Below are positions 39,554-58,756 of a stretch of 64,000 nt of DNA, piece by piece. Position numbers and translations under genes: made by a program. A model generated the notes under the pieces. The model did not search any database. It saw only the letters and a program-made list of their open reading frames with translations, and had not been told where the DNA came from. The DNA comes from Tubiluchus corallicola. Taxonomy: Eukaryota > Animalia > Priapulida. Numbering within the stretch: the first letter of the stretch is position 1; every line of letters starts with the position of its first letter. The DNA lies in assembly GCA_030141605.1 (NCBI GenBank), contig JAQGDQ010000268.1, positions 143,305 to 207,304 on the forward strand. Reading direction: 5' to 3'.

Positions 39554-41361
39554 TATAACAATAATAGCCTATTTGTATTCTGGTGCAAATGAGGAGATAA
39601 ATAAAATGTTTATGTCTATGTCATGTTCTGCAGAAATTCTTCTTCTGTCTGCCTTTGTCGATTGTAGTGACTTAGTTTATGTTTATGTAAGATCAACAGT
39701 GAAAAAGCGTAGCTTGTTGCCTGAATTTATTTAAGGAAGTGTGACATGCCCCTTAAACTAATATTGTCTCGCCTAACTTTTTGAGTTGCCACGTCATTCT
39801 CACACCGAGGTAGTGTTGTGATCAGCCAGTTTTCATCTGCAAGTTTGGCTCATGTTCATTGGCTACTATTGTTTCCCTTTACATATGCCACCGAATAGGG
39901 TAGGTTAGTGACTTCATCATCACTATAAGCAATTTTTTAAATAATTTTTTCTATTGTGTTTCTAGTCTCCATTTGTGTCCTTTGGTTTTCCAAAAGGGAG
40001 CTCTTCCCATCATTCTGTTGAAACATTTTCCATAATGTTCACTTCAAGTTCACCAACATGATGTAGACCAAGCTATGATGGGAAGTGTTTTGCTGTTGCT
40101 CATTCATCAATCACCTTTGACATTTGGGCTGTGATCTCTTACTAAAATTTCTTCATTCTCTGACTTAATACAGTTACCCTGCTTTGTAAAGTATTGATGT
40201 GTAGTATTGTAAAGTTTACCGAGATTCGTGCACACAAATATTTGATAGGTAGCCCAGAAACCTAAAAAATTAGCATTAAATATGCCTATCGACTGTTCTT
40301 TCATCAGGAGAAAGGCGAGGACATCATGTGATCTTTGCGGCCAAAGTTAAGCATCACAGAACCTGGCCAATAAATGGATGACTGAAAATTAAAAACTTCT
40401 CCAGAGTGGTTTTGCCTTTTGTACTAACTCTGTCCATTTAGCTCATTGGGAGAGAATTTAAATAAACATGACTAAAACCCCTCTATCTGTTCATTATAAT
40501 TATCATGATCTTACAGGATTACCTTTGGTAATCAGTGTGGCTCTGGTATCTACATAAGCTTTCTGAGCTAGATTACTACTTTTCAGAGTGGCTAACTAAT
40601 ATTTGTGTTGAACGCAAAGTTAATGCCTAATGTGAAAACTGGCAACAGGAACCAAGCAACGCTATGTCAAAGGTAAAGTTTCATTTTTTACGAACAAAAC
40701 TATATTCACTAAAGTTGAAGTGAGCTGAGTAGAAAAGGCTATGCAGTACATTTTGCTATGGAGAACTATTATGTGATGTTCAGTTATTTTAATAGTTTAA
40801 CACACGCGATTTATTGTATTTGCTGCTTATGTATTTGGGGTATGTGTACAAGTAGTTGCTACTTTGCCTCCACAGCTGACATGCTTGACTTCTGGCCTAC
40901 ACTTGCACCTAGCGTCACAAAAATCTTTTCTCTGTGAGAACGAACAGCTGTTAGGCTGAAAAAACATGGGTGTAAAATCGTATAGCCCTATCTGTAGACT
41001 TCGATAATACAACTACTCTCCCCTATGTTTATTTTACTAGAGCAATAAGTAATTAAATAAAAGTGTCGCAGATAATAATACAGTAATTTATTATTTGGTT
41101 GTTGGTTAGACTCTAATTAGTAATTACTTCTTGTTCAGCTGAATTCCAATAAAAGAAAGGTTAAGAGCCACGGTAAGGGTAACAATGAAGCGAATCGATG
41201 ATGATAGGCCTCATAAGAGGTGAGTAAAGATATCAATGTTTACTGATATTGATAATCCAAGGAAACAAATGCCTTGTGCCGTAATGTACTTCAGCCGGAA
41301 AGTTCACGTTTTTTTCACGCAGACTTGGTAGGTAGCGCATTGGGATTTCTGCTACAAGATC

Positions 41362-46125
<4,764 letters not shown>

Positions 46126-49057
46126 AAGCAAACAAGCGAATACTTGAAATTTAAAATAATTCTGTACTAATTTTGACTTGGTATTTCTGAATCTGCTTTG
46201 TATTTCTCTTGTTTACCACTATAGCAAATTGCAGCATTAAAATTTAAATCATTTTTTAAAAAAAATCGTATTATTGCAAAATTCTTATTAATTATTTCGT
46301 TATTAACACTTTATTATTTTAATTATTTTTAAATATATACATTTATTGCACAGATATGGCAATTTAAAACACATAATTAAAGTAAATTTATTATGTGAAT
46401 CAATAAACAACAGGGTCATCAGCCCAGTAATATGTGTAAAGAAATCAGGCAAATGGATTTTTAATAATACAAACTGTGTATGTACGTGCGGACGCAGTGG
46501 AAACATGTGGATACATACACAGACTTTCCTGTCCGCAAAATTTGTTTCCACAACATCCGCACTCATTTCATACAATACGTCATGAACGCGGCAAAAATTT
46601 TAGCCCGAAGTTCTAAGATAAAACTTTCCAGAAGAAATGAACTTTTTATTTTGCTTCAATGATTAAAGAAAAAGGCAAGTGGCGATGCAGGAAGTGACAA
46701 CATCGTTTTTTGGTTCACCCAATATTAGAAAATCGTGAACCCCAAGGCGGATATCATGATTTTTGCAACAAGTCGTAATGGGCAAAGAAAAGTACCTAAT
46801 TTATTTGAGAATCCCACATGCAACCTACCAAATTTTACTTGATTAAATTTTCGGGATTGTATTTCACCTGAACAGCGCCTTGTTGTTAGGTTAAGGCAAA
46901 CAAAGCCAGCAACTAATTAACTGTATCTTAACGGGAAATTATTATTAAAATTTTGACACTTATTATACGTGTACAATATATAGAAAGCCTGCAATAAAAA
47001 CTTGGATAGTGTAGAATGAATTCAGCAACGAGTACTAGACAAGCTTTCATGAAGTACTATGATGCAGCTCTCGTAACAGCAAAGTACTGGTCGACTTTAA
47101 TTTGGCTATTTTTTACTTGGTGATGAAGTCAAACAGTCGAAGTTTCAACGAAATCTTGTGCAAAACTCTATTTTGCACGCCATATATTGCAATTTTTGCA
47201 GCATGTTTTCCATTGGAATTTAAATAGACTCGTTGTATTCAATTATAATAAAAGAGCAACTTTTATTATACAGCTAATTGTGTTTTAAGCTGATAATTTT
47301 CTCCATTGTAACAATACAATTACGCAGTGACATTTTCAGGACAAAGTCGAAGTATTGTGGCAATAACCTATGTAAATATATAGGCGAATAAATTTTTAAA
47401 AATGCATAAATGACTAAATTGCAAAATCAGGCCTAAATTTACAGGCCTAACGTTTACTTAATAAAAAAACTAGACATATTTCACCTTTACTATTAGCTTC
47501 AAAGGCCATTTCGACCCACAGCTGCCTTGTAATATCTCTGTGGCTATATTTTAGGGATTACTTTTGTCATACAAAGCAGGTCTAATCTCCACAGCATGTA
47601 TGATGTGTTCGTCCTCCATTATAAAAACGTTCGCACAAAAAATGACTTGGCGATTAAAGTGCAGAACCGTGCGTGCACGTGGCTTTCCGTGCTGACGCAG
47701 TGGAAATGACGAACACGTAAAACAATTATTAAATAATTTGCAAAGGCTGTTGCTTCAATTTTTCCGTTTGACGGAAAAGTCCGTGTCTGTACGGCACTTT
47801 TCTAACTGCGGAAAACAAGGAGCTACTACAGAACATGCAGTTTGTTGCGAAAACTCTAGAGGAATAAAAAAATAAGTATAGTAGACTAGGCACTCTTTTA
47901 ATTACAATCAGTAAAATCGTTTAGAGACCATGTAATCAAGAGAACCAGGTAGTATTTAAACGAAAACGTAATAAACAGAAAGAGTGATACGATGGACGTC
48001 GATATTCTAAATAGCAACTTCGTCTGCCACTTCAAATTGCTACAAAAATAAAATAAAATAAAAATAAGAAAATATAACGATGATCACCAATTAAAATTTA
48101 GCCCGGAAATTGTTGTATCGTATTTATGCCATAATTTTATTTTTTGCTTGACCATTGATTCAATAATTCCTTTATTAATTTTAACCGGAGTTCTCATTTG
48201 TTTAAGGAATTACAATATTCATAGTTTCATATTGCTATCATTTTTGCTTTTGTTTTCCCACGAATTCAGTTTCTTGAGTTAAATTCAAATTTTTGTTTTC
48301 TATGTTAATTTAAATATTGCTTCATCTCATTTGCCATAATAATTATTTATTTGTTGTTGCCAGTTGAATTACTCATTTAAATTCATTACGTTAATTTTTC
48401 CCTAGTTATCATCTTTATTTTTTATGCTGATCATTACTACCTTGTCGATACATGTCATTTCATATAATTTTCTTATAGGGGTGTTTGACCTGGTGATGAT
48501 TTACAATTTCCACGGTTTGACATTGCTTCATTCTTTTTTCTTTCATTCTTGTTGGATTGAGTTTCTTGGTTTATATTCACATTCTTTGTTTTGTTTTTGT
48601 TGGTCTGAATTGAGTCCCTTGATTTAAATTAAAGTTTTTTGCTAATTTAAATTTTGTCACATTTTATTTAATTGCCATATTTATTTACTGTTTCTAATCT
48701 CAAACTCATTTGCAGTTGCTATCTCAATTTTTTCCAAGTTATTTTTATTTATTTATTTTTTTACAAATTGTTTATTATTATTCATTTGTACATACCCACT
48801 TGACAGGTCACTTAACTTTCTTCAAATTTGGATAGGGCCCGGGTGGTTGACCTGGTGACCGTTGTTTTTTTTTGCCACCCAGTCTCTTTCCTCTTTATTA
48901 TAGTTTTTTGCTTTGTTTATTTTTATTTTGAATAAATTTAGAGACAAATAAGTTGCTTACTTACTTACTCTGATGAAAAGAATTATTGCTTTTGCACACT
49001 TAGGTTGTGCTGATCTTGGTCAAAGTGAAGATTGAACAGGAGCCGGCGGACAGCTGA

Positions 49058-49115
49058 CAGCATAGATAATAATATTACTAACGTAATCTCGTAGTAATAT
49101 AGATATCTATGGCTG
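49058..49115. mobile_element. Tiny palindromic element (CATAGATA...TATCTATGG)
   Basis: cagcatagata-at-aatattacta ... tagtaatat-aga-tatctatggctg imperfect inverted repeat. Confidence 0.5.
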
Positions 49116-52100
49116 ACAGTATTCGGTAGAAGTTGGTTATTTTTGTTGTAAACAAGTCACGAAGTTAGGACCAATAGTTGCCCGCGAGTATTGAGTGACT
49201 TAGTTGATTTGATTTATTGTGTTGATTTGAGTTATTACTTATTTAAATTTGATAGTTATTATATATGAAAACATAAAATAATACGTGATTATTACGAAAG
49301 TAGCACGAAGTATATGTTGTTGTCAAGCATTTTGTCGAAGGAAGTTCAAATTTATTGTTTTTCCTACGATATTAATTTTTTATTAATAACGTGCAGTTGT
49401 TAGCTTCTCCATGCAGTCATATCTAATCTTATTCGATCGGACCTGTGTTACACATTTCTGCCTGTTGACCAAACATAACTATAATCTGTTATTTCAATCG
49501 GTGCTGTTTCGGTAGTTCAGCCAAGTATCATCCAATTTGCTTTTGAAAAAGAAGTCATAAAACTTGCAAAAGCCACATTCTCTGAGAGATTGTTATATCT
49601 ATGCACGACCTACGAGCTGGTAAGTTATATCTTGTACCAGGGCGTCTGTACTTTTTCCATTGAATGGTTTAGTGGTGCTAACCTATAGCTAGCACTGAAC
49701 ACACCACTCTCGTTGTACTTTTAAATTTGCTTAAAAATTTAAATTTAAAAGCTTGCAAAAATATTCAAAAAAGAAATCAATTGACCGCAGTATAGTATCA
49801 CCATTCAAAATCTTATATGCATTTACTATCTCGGCAATGGTGGAAAATCTTACATGTATTCCAGGGACTGAAAGTTGGTGTCCCAGTGATGGACCAAGCC
49901 AAGAGATTTATGCATCTAGTATCGAGATATTTGTGTGTGTGGGGGGGGGGAGTGTTGCAGCAAAGGGCCATGAAGATTTTAAAATCTTAGCTTCTAAAAT
50001 GTGAATTTTATTAGAATTTTCACCACTTACATGCATTCCCCATTGGTAATATAGCTGTTATCTTCAAATTATTGATAATTTTTTTCATATGTTCATATAC
50101 TTACTTGTCTCAGTCATATAATAGTGTATTTTTTATTTAAAACGTAAAACGCGATAATTATTATAACATCGTTCTTTCGGGGAATGCAGGACGCGGCCAT
50201 GTTTTGCCACCGCTCTTTCGGCCAGGGTTGTCAATTTGTATGAGGGTCACTATATTGGAAGCTGAAAAGTGTGAAATTTTCCGCCAAATTGGTGTATTAA
50301 CGGCCGAGTTGTATGGTCGCGTTTACCATAATTATCAGAACATACACATCATGATACAAAAAAGAGACTATACAATAATCGATAATTATATGATAATTTA
50401 GTAATGTGAAACTAAAAAACAAAGCGTGAAGAATGTGCATGGAAAAGAATTTAAAACATTACTGCTAACCAGTGGAAACTAAAAAAGCTGTGATTTCAGC
50501 TGATTTTAAATATTCCATAATTCAGCTTTAAACCTTTACAAAGTTTTAAAAAAAAATCTGAATTTTTTTTTTTTAATTTTCCTCCCTCCCTACTGACATC
50601 TTTTGAGCTCATGAGATAAGACAGAAACAAATTTTGTTTTGTGGTCGGCCCAAATCAATGAGTCGCAAGATAAGTGTGTTTGAATTATTATGTAGTGAAA
50701 TTTTAGTACTTCTAATTGTTAGCGCTTGAAAGTTAGCTATGCTGCTGCTAATTAATATATCATCTTTATAATAGCAAGCGTATTTATAGAACGAACGAGG
50801 TCGTTACTATGATGGTTCAGTTTCCGCGTAATTATTATGCACGACATTACACCTGCAAGTTTTGTCCGCTGGCCCGCTGCCAAGTTTTTGAGTACGACAT
50901 TATACGTAGTTACAAGTTGCAGCATATGCAAGCGCACACAAAACAAATGTTACCTCGAGTTATACAATAATAATACCTACAATAATTACGTTGTAACTTT
51001 GATGGTTATTAGACAGTAGAACAGCTTGCCTTTTTTATTAATAAACAGAGAAAGAGAGGAAAACATCGAAAGTTTTTCTGTATTGAACTTTTGAGAAAAA
51101 TACTTTAAGAAAAAATTGTGTCCCTCTGCCAGAAGAAGTGTCCCGCGGACTATGTCCGCCAGTCCGGTATGATTTTCCAGCCCCTCATCTCGGTATGTCT
51201 TTGTTCTAGAGAAGACATAGACAATAACTCATTTTTGTGCACTAAGCGAAGACAATGCTTCTCAATTGCTTCGAGGCATTGAATATACATAATATGGGCT
51301 ACTGCTGCGACCATACAACACCAGCATGTTCCAACAAAGGATGTACCAAACTTTTAAATAAAGGCAAAGTGACAGAAGAATCTCTGTTGATAACGATTGA
51401 TTTTATACGTCTAATGGCTTATTTTTTTATTCGGCAATATGATCATTAAACTTTAAATCATTAAACACAATGCACTCCTAGGTTTTAAAGCTGGGAACCT
51501 TACAGACAATTTTATCGTTTATTACATAACTATAACCAATATGACTTCTTATTCGTAACAGTGCACACTTAACAGGCATCAGTTGCAAAAGCCATTGTTC
51601 AGACCATATTTTAAACAGAATTAAGGTTTTTAACTTATACGGATGTCCCATAGTTCTTATGTGATAAATTGTTCTTATCTCTTTGCAGGAAGTATGCTGT
51701 ACATATAAAGCCATATGCAAATTTATGCACTTCTATAGCCTGTCTGGACCACATATTAAACAAACAAACTATCCTGGTTGTCCCATGAAGAACTCCTTAA
51801 TTCAGCTTCTGATCATTAACAAATCATGAGAAAACATGCTGCTATATCCATTCTCCAGATGTAGCCTAATTAACACAACAAACAACAGTTTTAAGGTCAC
51901 TTTAGTGATTTCCATTCAAGAACTCTTCCGATTAATCCAAGTATTTTATTAGCCTTACCCACATGAATTGCTACATGTCTTCAAGGTCAATACACTTTCA
52001 CACCCAAATCCCTCACTAGTTTAAGTCTCCATGTTTCATTCTATGGTCGAAGAATGTGTTGTAGTAACCAATATGCATCAGCTTACATTTGCTGGCATTA

Positions 52101-52160
52101 AAACCAAGCTGCCATGTTTCTGCTCATTCTGTTAAAGTGTTCAAATCCTGTTACTCTATA

Positions 52161-52760
52161 TGTGTGCTTCAAACTACGTTATGATGCTTCAAAGTAAAAT
52201 GCACCAACAATTTGGTCAAATGTCATTTTTAAACCTTTTTCTTAAAAACAAATGCTGAATATATTGCACTCTGATATTCTAGCATCAAATTATCGAGAAA
52301 GTCTTCAAAAAATACTAAAAATTTAATTTTGTAACCCCGTACCCACTTTTCTGGCTAGAAACTAGTACTGCAATTGCTAAAAAGCTAGTGGAAGCATTCA
52401 TTTTGCTTCTGTTTTTTTTTGTTGCCAAGCCCAGATCTTTGTCAGGGAGAGCCACCTACTCAATTTAAAGATAACTTCAATGTGTTCTTGCAAAGATCCA
52501 TAGCAACCAACTTTTGTGCGCTTATTAAGTGTTTTGTACAAACATGACAATGGCTAACTTTGACAGGGATTTTCTCAAGCTTATGTTTTTCAATGTGTAG
52601 CCTGCACTTCAACTTCAACGTGGATTATCTCAACTTAGAAATAACAAAGAACGATGAGCTTGGTATCAAGATAATCCTCATGAAATGGAGATTCAGGATA
52701 TGTGAATAATTAGAAAGCTTAATTGCCAACTTATGGACGATTTTACTGTGCAAGCACACA
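52161..52760. mobile_element. About 600-bp MITE with TGTGTGCTT termini (copy 2), nested in the CR1 remnant
   Basis: Inverted homologue of 16728-17380; TGTGTGCTTC ... CAAGCACACA. Confidence 0.8.
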
Positions 52761-52772
52761 CACACACATATA

Positions 52773-52810
<38 letters not shown>

Positions 52811-52826
52811 TGCGTGCGTGTGTGTA
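52755..52826. repeat. (CA)n/(TG)n compound microsatellite
   Basis: cacacaca...tgtgtgtgtg run. Confidence 0.9.
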
Positions 52827-54437
52827 TATTTCAAATTAAAAAGGCTCCCAGTTCATCCTGCGAAAAATGTAGATAATAAAATACGTGTATACTGTCGGCT
52901 GTTGCTCTGTTCAATAATAAGCATTTTCATAAATTGTGAAATACATTTGTAAACTTGTGCTAAATGTTTTTATGTGAATAATGGAATAATGTATAAGCCA
53001 TACTTTTCTGTTCATTGTAACACTCAAGTGCATTGTTTTATTTAAGTCTTGGATTCATCTGCAAACCTGAGTAGGTCATACTTCACAACCACGGGTATGT
53101 CATTTACGTTATTAACGGCACAGGACTCAGTGTGCTTCCTTTTGGAATCCCCGATGTGACTTGTGACCAATCAGATTCAACACCATTAAGTGCTGTGGAC
53201 TCCCGGTGTCCCTTCAGTAACTGACGAATCTGTGTCAAAAACTTACCTTCTAATCTGTAACTTTGTAGCTTAATAGGAAAGTTTTTATTTGGGACAGAAT
53301 CAAATGATTTCGCAAAGTCAAGCTATAGTATATCTAGAGGACTGTCTTCATCAACAGCCATAGTCCAAGCATGTAATGCTTGTTCGAAAATTCGTGTTGG
53401 CAGTCTGATAATAGATGGTTCATCGTCATAAAGCAGTACATCTCTCAGAATTGACACTATGACAACATACACATATGAGGCTTATACACCTGTAGTTTCC
53501 AGAATCATTTTTCTTTCCCTTCTTATACATAACTGTCACAAGTGCTTCCTTCCAAAATTGAGGTTATCGTCCCTCCTCCAACGATTACTGAAAAGGTTCA
53601 CTAAGAATCCCTGGATGTAGAAAGTCAGGACCTGCTGACTTCGAAATGTTGAACTTCTTTATCTTTTTTAGTACAGCTTCAGGACCAGGAGTGATCTGCT
53701 ACTGGAAAGACTTTTTCTGGTGGAATCACAGACGAAATATCATTTAACATTGCCTAGTAAAAGCATTACAATGTTAATGATTTGTTCAATAATTGAACTT
53801 CTCTGAATTATTAGTCTAAGCAGTTCTAGATACATCTCTCAAGTCTCCAATTGTAGTTCTAGTTCTTGTTTTTAATTTGCTGTCTGCATATGCAAAGAAA
53901 GTTGGGGGTTTTGTTTAGTCTCCAGTGCAATTTCTTTTCCTTACTTCTTCGTGCTCGACAATATTCTCTTTTGGCTCTATTTCTGCTCTAGCATAATTTA
54001 AGGCATCTGAATTGCTGCCGGACAAAAGATTAGTTAAGTACCTGGCTGGACTTGTAGTCACAATTATGATAAGCGGAAAACGATGATGAAAAACCAAAAA
54101 AGTCACCTAGTCAAACTGAGCAGAAAAGACACGACATCCGGAAAGTTGCACTTACTTTAATGTTTGGAGAAATGTTAGAAAGTTTCAGTAATAAAAATAT
54201 GATAGACAACTTGTGTAATTAACATTGTTATGTTGTTCTTGGATGCCTTTTCATTTAAATAATAAGCAGGACCACCTTTCAAAATGAGTTACTTTGGAGG
54301 TTTCATATTTATTTCCCTGTTAGTGTGTTCTAAATAAAAAATAATAATTACTATTTTCAAAAAAGCAATTTACTTTGTAATGTATTTATAAAAATTTATT
54401 GTTATTAATGTAGTTGTGATTCAGTGTTGTACCAAAA

Positions 54438-57400
54438 ATGGCTCGCACACCAGCCGGTATAATTGACCAAGCACTGCTGAACTTGCAACGCGTTTCTAGC
54501 TACTTAAAAAATGGGATGGAAACCACAACAGAGACAGCAGTTGATCTTTTAGACTTCAACAAAGGTAATGTATTATTCCGCAAGGATACAGTTCACTTTA
54601 TACACAATTTAAACCCTGCCTAAAATAATGGAAGCTCTGGAGCAATTTGATATTCATGCTTTATTCACGTGAATAAGGTTTATTCATACCTCATTTTTTT
54701 AATTTTAATTCTTTAATTTAATTAAAGGTAACAGCAGATTATGCCATCCTCTGTTTGTTTTTCCTTGAATCTCTGATCTGTGGAGCTTTCTGCCAGAATA
54801 ATGTTTATGTTTATATCAGAGGAGAAATTTCAAGTAAATTTTGGCTACTTTCAATACTGTGACATCACAAGCTTTGCGATAATCCTGCAGTGTCCTTTTT
54901 GGGATCAGTTGCCTTATGTCCATTTTATATGCCTTTTTATTTTGTAGCTCTTTCAGTATGACACCACTAAGTGAAACAAAGCAAACTGTAATAAAAACCA
55001 AAAACAAACACCATGACTTATATTATGTTATACAAATATAGAGCTTCTCAGAATTATCTTCTTAAGTTGTTCTGCCCTTGTGTCATACAAGCTTGTGAAT
55101 TTTTTCAGCCATTTGCACTTGAAAATAGTTTAGGCAGAGGAATTAAGATAAAGATGAACAAAAAATGGTGTTGAAGCTTTTTACCTATAAATATGATACC
55201 TGAACTCAATTATTTGCAGTATTTGGTTTATCTGTAGATTTGCCTGAAGACAGTCTGGATAGTTTAAAAGACATTATGCTACAATTTGTTACCTTAGAAA
55301 AAGACATGGAGCAGTTTACAAGCAGTGCTCAAGCTGTTAAAGCACCTGTAAGTACGGTATTTGATTTGTTGTAGTTGGCTTTGCGTATTGAACTACACTT
55401 TTTTGACCAATTTCACAACCATGGTGTTAGTTACTAATTTCATATACGATTTGCAGGAGCGATTCTAGTGGTGCTATGCTGTCATATGATATTACTCAGA
55501 TCGTGATATAGTTCATGGCAGAGTCTTGGCGGAGTGGTTAATTAGTCGACCATTCGTTCGGAAATGCTGAGGATTCAATACTCCTTTTGTAATGCATGAT
55601 TTAAAAACTTACTAATTGATATATGACTGTATAATATTTTTTTGTCTTATAACGTTAGTAATCTGCAGACTGCAATAATATACTGTATGTCATAATTGTG
55701 AAAAGAAAATGAAAAACTTCCAAATGTAAAAACTTTTTACATAAGATCACTAGTTTTTTGCTGATTGTATAGCAGCCATTTTTTTAAACTAATTATTGCA
55801 TCTAAGAAAAATGCCAGTGTCCTGGCTAATTATTACTGACATGCTAAAGTATATAAACAAATGTCATCTGAATGTGTGTGCTCTAAGAGATTTTCAACAA
55901 ATGTTAACAATAATTTAGCACACTGTGTCACTAAAACCTGCACATTTATTTTTTTTAAAAGTATGTGTGATCTGGTTTCTCTGTTTTTCCTCCCCTATTG
56001 TACTTTTTTATCCATAGGCATTGACTGGTGACATGACCATGGATGTGGAAACTATGTTGAACGAAAAATTTCAGGAATTGAAAGATTCTGATGAAGCAGG
56101 TCCACTAACTGATCACCAGCTTTATAAAGATTTACTCTTGAAGATTCAAGACATCAGAGATTTGGGTAAGCAAGTGTTTATTGCATCTCTTCAAAAGATT
56201 AAGTGAGTAACACGATGATTTTGTGATTTTGTGCTCACTTAATGATTTTGTTTGCTACAACACCATTCAATGTTATTGTATTTTTGTGTGGTTCGATGTT
56301 ATATCTTACGTTATGTAAATGTACACCGTGCAGTGACATCCATTACAGTTTATTCTGTTAATGTCTTTTGCTGGTAGTTCATAATACATTCAATGCAGTT
56401 ATATTAGCACTAATTCCTTAGTAATGCAGGTTTGTTCTTACTGTGTGTGTACATAATTTTCAAATGTTGATAAGTTAGAATTTTAAATTTTGCTTCGTAT
56501 TTGCACAATATGTGGATAAAATGAAGTTTTAGATACTAAATGGGAAAGTACTCCACAAGAACTTTTAGTTGCGCATTGTTACAAAGGTTACATAAGGTTA
56601 AATAGTTTAGTTTCATGCATACTTATTTTCTCCCAGCTCACATATGTGCGTAGGCAATGTGTACGAACAGCATAAATAATATAAAAAAGAAGTGAGTAAA
56701 ATATATATAAACTGAATACAGATAAAATTTGCTCAAAAAGCTTTTTAAGCCACCTACATAGTTCATGATAGCCATATGAAATATAAATAGGAGTGCCTTA
56801 AAATTATAGTTACACCATCAAATGCATTGATTTTTTAATTTTGTGAAGCTTCAAAAACATTAAAATAGACTTATATGAGGCTTTCCAAATACCTTAGCGC
56901 AATAGGTGCCTAATAGATGACAACAGTTAACTGCCCCGAGAGTAAAGCATTTTGCAGAAAAGTGCAAAATGTAACATTTATCTTTTAGAACTGGAAGATG
57001 AGGTGGCTGGCCAAGCTGAATCTGGAACGACGGGGAGCACTGCAGAAGGGGATGATGTCGTTTTTACTCAGCAAGAGTTACAGACAAAATGCCCGTTTTT
57101 AATGACTGAGATGCTACATCCTGTAAAGAACAGAATTTGTGGACATCATTACGAGCGAGAGGGAGCACAAAAAATGATCAAAGCAAACAGACATATAAAG
57201 TATGAATCTAGTCAAATACTTAATGCAAAAATGTTAATTTGTTGATTCTCATATGTTGCATGCATGTTATCAAAAATAAAATAAAAATAATGTCATTTTT
57301 TCCCATGATTTTTATTTGTTTTTGACTGCCAGATATAATATAGTATATTACCGCTTGTGGTGTTTTAACTTTGCTTTTACTGTTATTATTTAAGTAGTCT

Positions 57401-58054
57401 TGACAATGCTGTGACAAAGTAGCCTATTTATGTTATACAAGTTGTAAACAAAGGTACTCATTGTCTGGCAAATAAAAGTGAAAAGACATTTTAGTGGCAT
57501 AGATTTCGTTTCTCACTTTTATTAGAGCTCTCAGATTAGCACCCTTATTAGAAAACAACTTGCTCAAAATTTGCTAAGAAATCTCATCAATTCCGATATA
57601 AAAAATTATGATTCCTCAAAACTTGTATTAGCTCACTTATAAATTATCTCTGTAGGTAACAGGATATTAACATCCAGTAGCCACTGTGCTCTGTGAATAT
57701 GTTCTTCTTATTTACTGATTAGCCTTTAGTTCCTAGCTTCTGCTGGAAAGCCTATACACTATGGATTCTACACATAGAGCACTGTGGTAAAGTTGCACTA
57801 CAGCTATGCTTTTTTTGCTTGAAAAGTCCTTTGAAAAGCAAGGATTTATGAAATTTGTGTATTCTTCAGTTATGAATTGTTTGTGTTGTAGATGCCCGGT
57901 TCTTGGTTGTATAAATCTGAAGCCCCTACAAATGGTAGACATGGAAGATGATTTAGAGTTGAAGCGTAAAATTGAGAAGAAAAACCGACAGGCAGGGAAG
58001 AAGATGACCGTCGGTGGAAAACGAAACCGAAACAACATGAATTTGCGAAGTTAG
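54438..58054 (+). CDS. NSMCE2: E3 SUMO ligase NSE2/MMS21 (SMC5/6 complex), about 252 aa, 5 coding exons
   Basis: Exons 54438-54564, 55238-55347, 56018-56165, 56989-57199, 57892-58054 (759 nt, phases consistent); SP-RING CPFLMTEMLHPVKNRICGHHYE...KCPVLGCIN preceded by acidic GDDVVFTQ. Confidence 0.9.
55531..55585 (+). mobile_element. tRNA-derived SINE head remnant
   Basis: A-box TGGCGGAGTGG and degenerate B-box GGATTCAATAC at tRNA-like spacing. Confidence 0.4.
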
Positions 58055-58089
58055 AAGTACTATTGGATTTAACGACTGTTACCGTACGT

Positions 58090-58756
58090 TAGGGGTGTTA
58101 ACAATAATGTTACATATCGATAATTATCATTACCTTATGCATACGAAGAATTTGTTTTTATCGTCATCATATTAATGTTATTCTACGAATATTGTTGTCA
58201 TGTCGAATTTGGTGCAAATGCTCACCTTTATAAAATCATTTCACTGTGCTTTTTGAGTTTTGCACTGGAACTAGGCAAAAAGTAAAAAAAAGAGTTATTT
58301 ATAAAGTTCTTTGGATAATTTTCTTGTACTTTCTTCCTGCAATAGTAACTCTCTTCTTTTGGTTTAGTGACATGCGAATACCAAGTGTGGTATTTTTAGA
58401 GGTATTTACATGGTACGTGCAACTGTTCGCATATATATATATGATGTAGTAATAGATCTACATTGTGTACGTAATATATTTATCTGTCGTAGCTCACATA
58501 TTAATATTATTTCATGACTAAACAAAGAAAAAACTTTGTCTCTTAGATTACATGTATCTATACATTAATTTGGAAACAACACTCGAAAATACGGTATTGT
58601 ACTAAAGATACCTTGCACAGTAACTAACCACATGTTCAGTATCGTTTTTATCGTTCAAAATAATTTATTGTATCGTGTCATCTGAATACGAGATTCTCAA
58701 CACCCAGTCGTTGAAAAAGTATCATATTGACTAATTTGTATTGTTTAACATCCCTA
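58090..58756. mobile_element. Non-autonomous hAT-like element just downstream of the NSMCE2 stop
   Basis: TIRs TAGGGGTGTTAAC / GTTTAACATCCCTA; 8-bp TSD ccgtacgt / ctgtaggt (6/8); TATCG subterminal repeats. Confidence 0.75.

Larger units (their letters stand above)
51440..53900 (-). mobile_element. Decayed CR1-group LINE (reverse transcriptase region), interrupted by a MITE
   Basis: Minus-strand remnants PLDIL*LDFAKSFDSVP, LNGVESDWSQVTSGIPKGSTLSP, VNDIP...LLRFADESK, QDLNTLTE*AETWQLGFNASKCKLMHIG, RTMGHPYKL; many stops and frameshifts. Confidence 0.85.
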
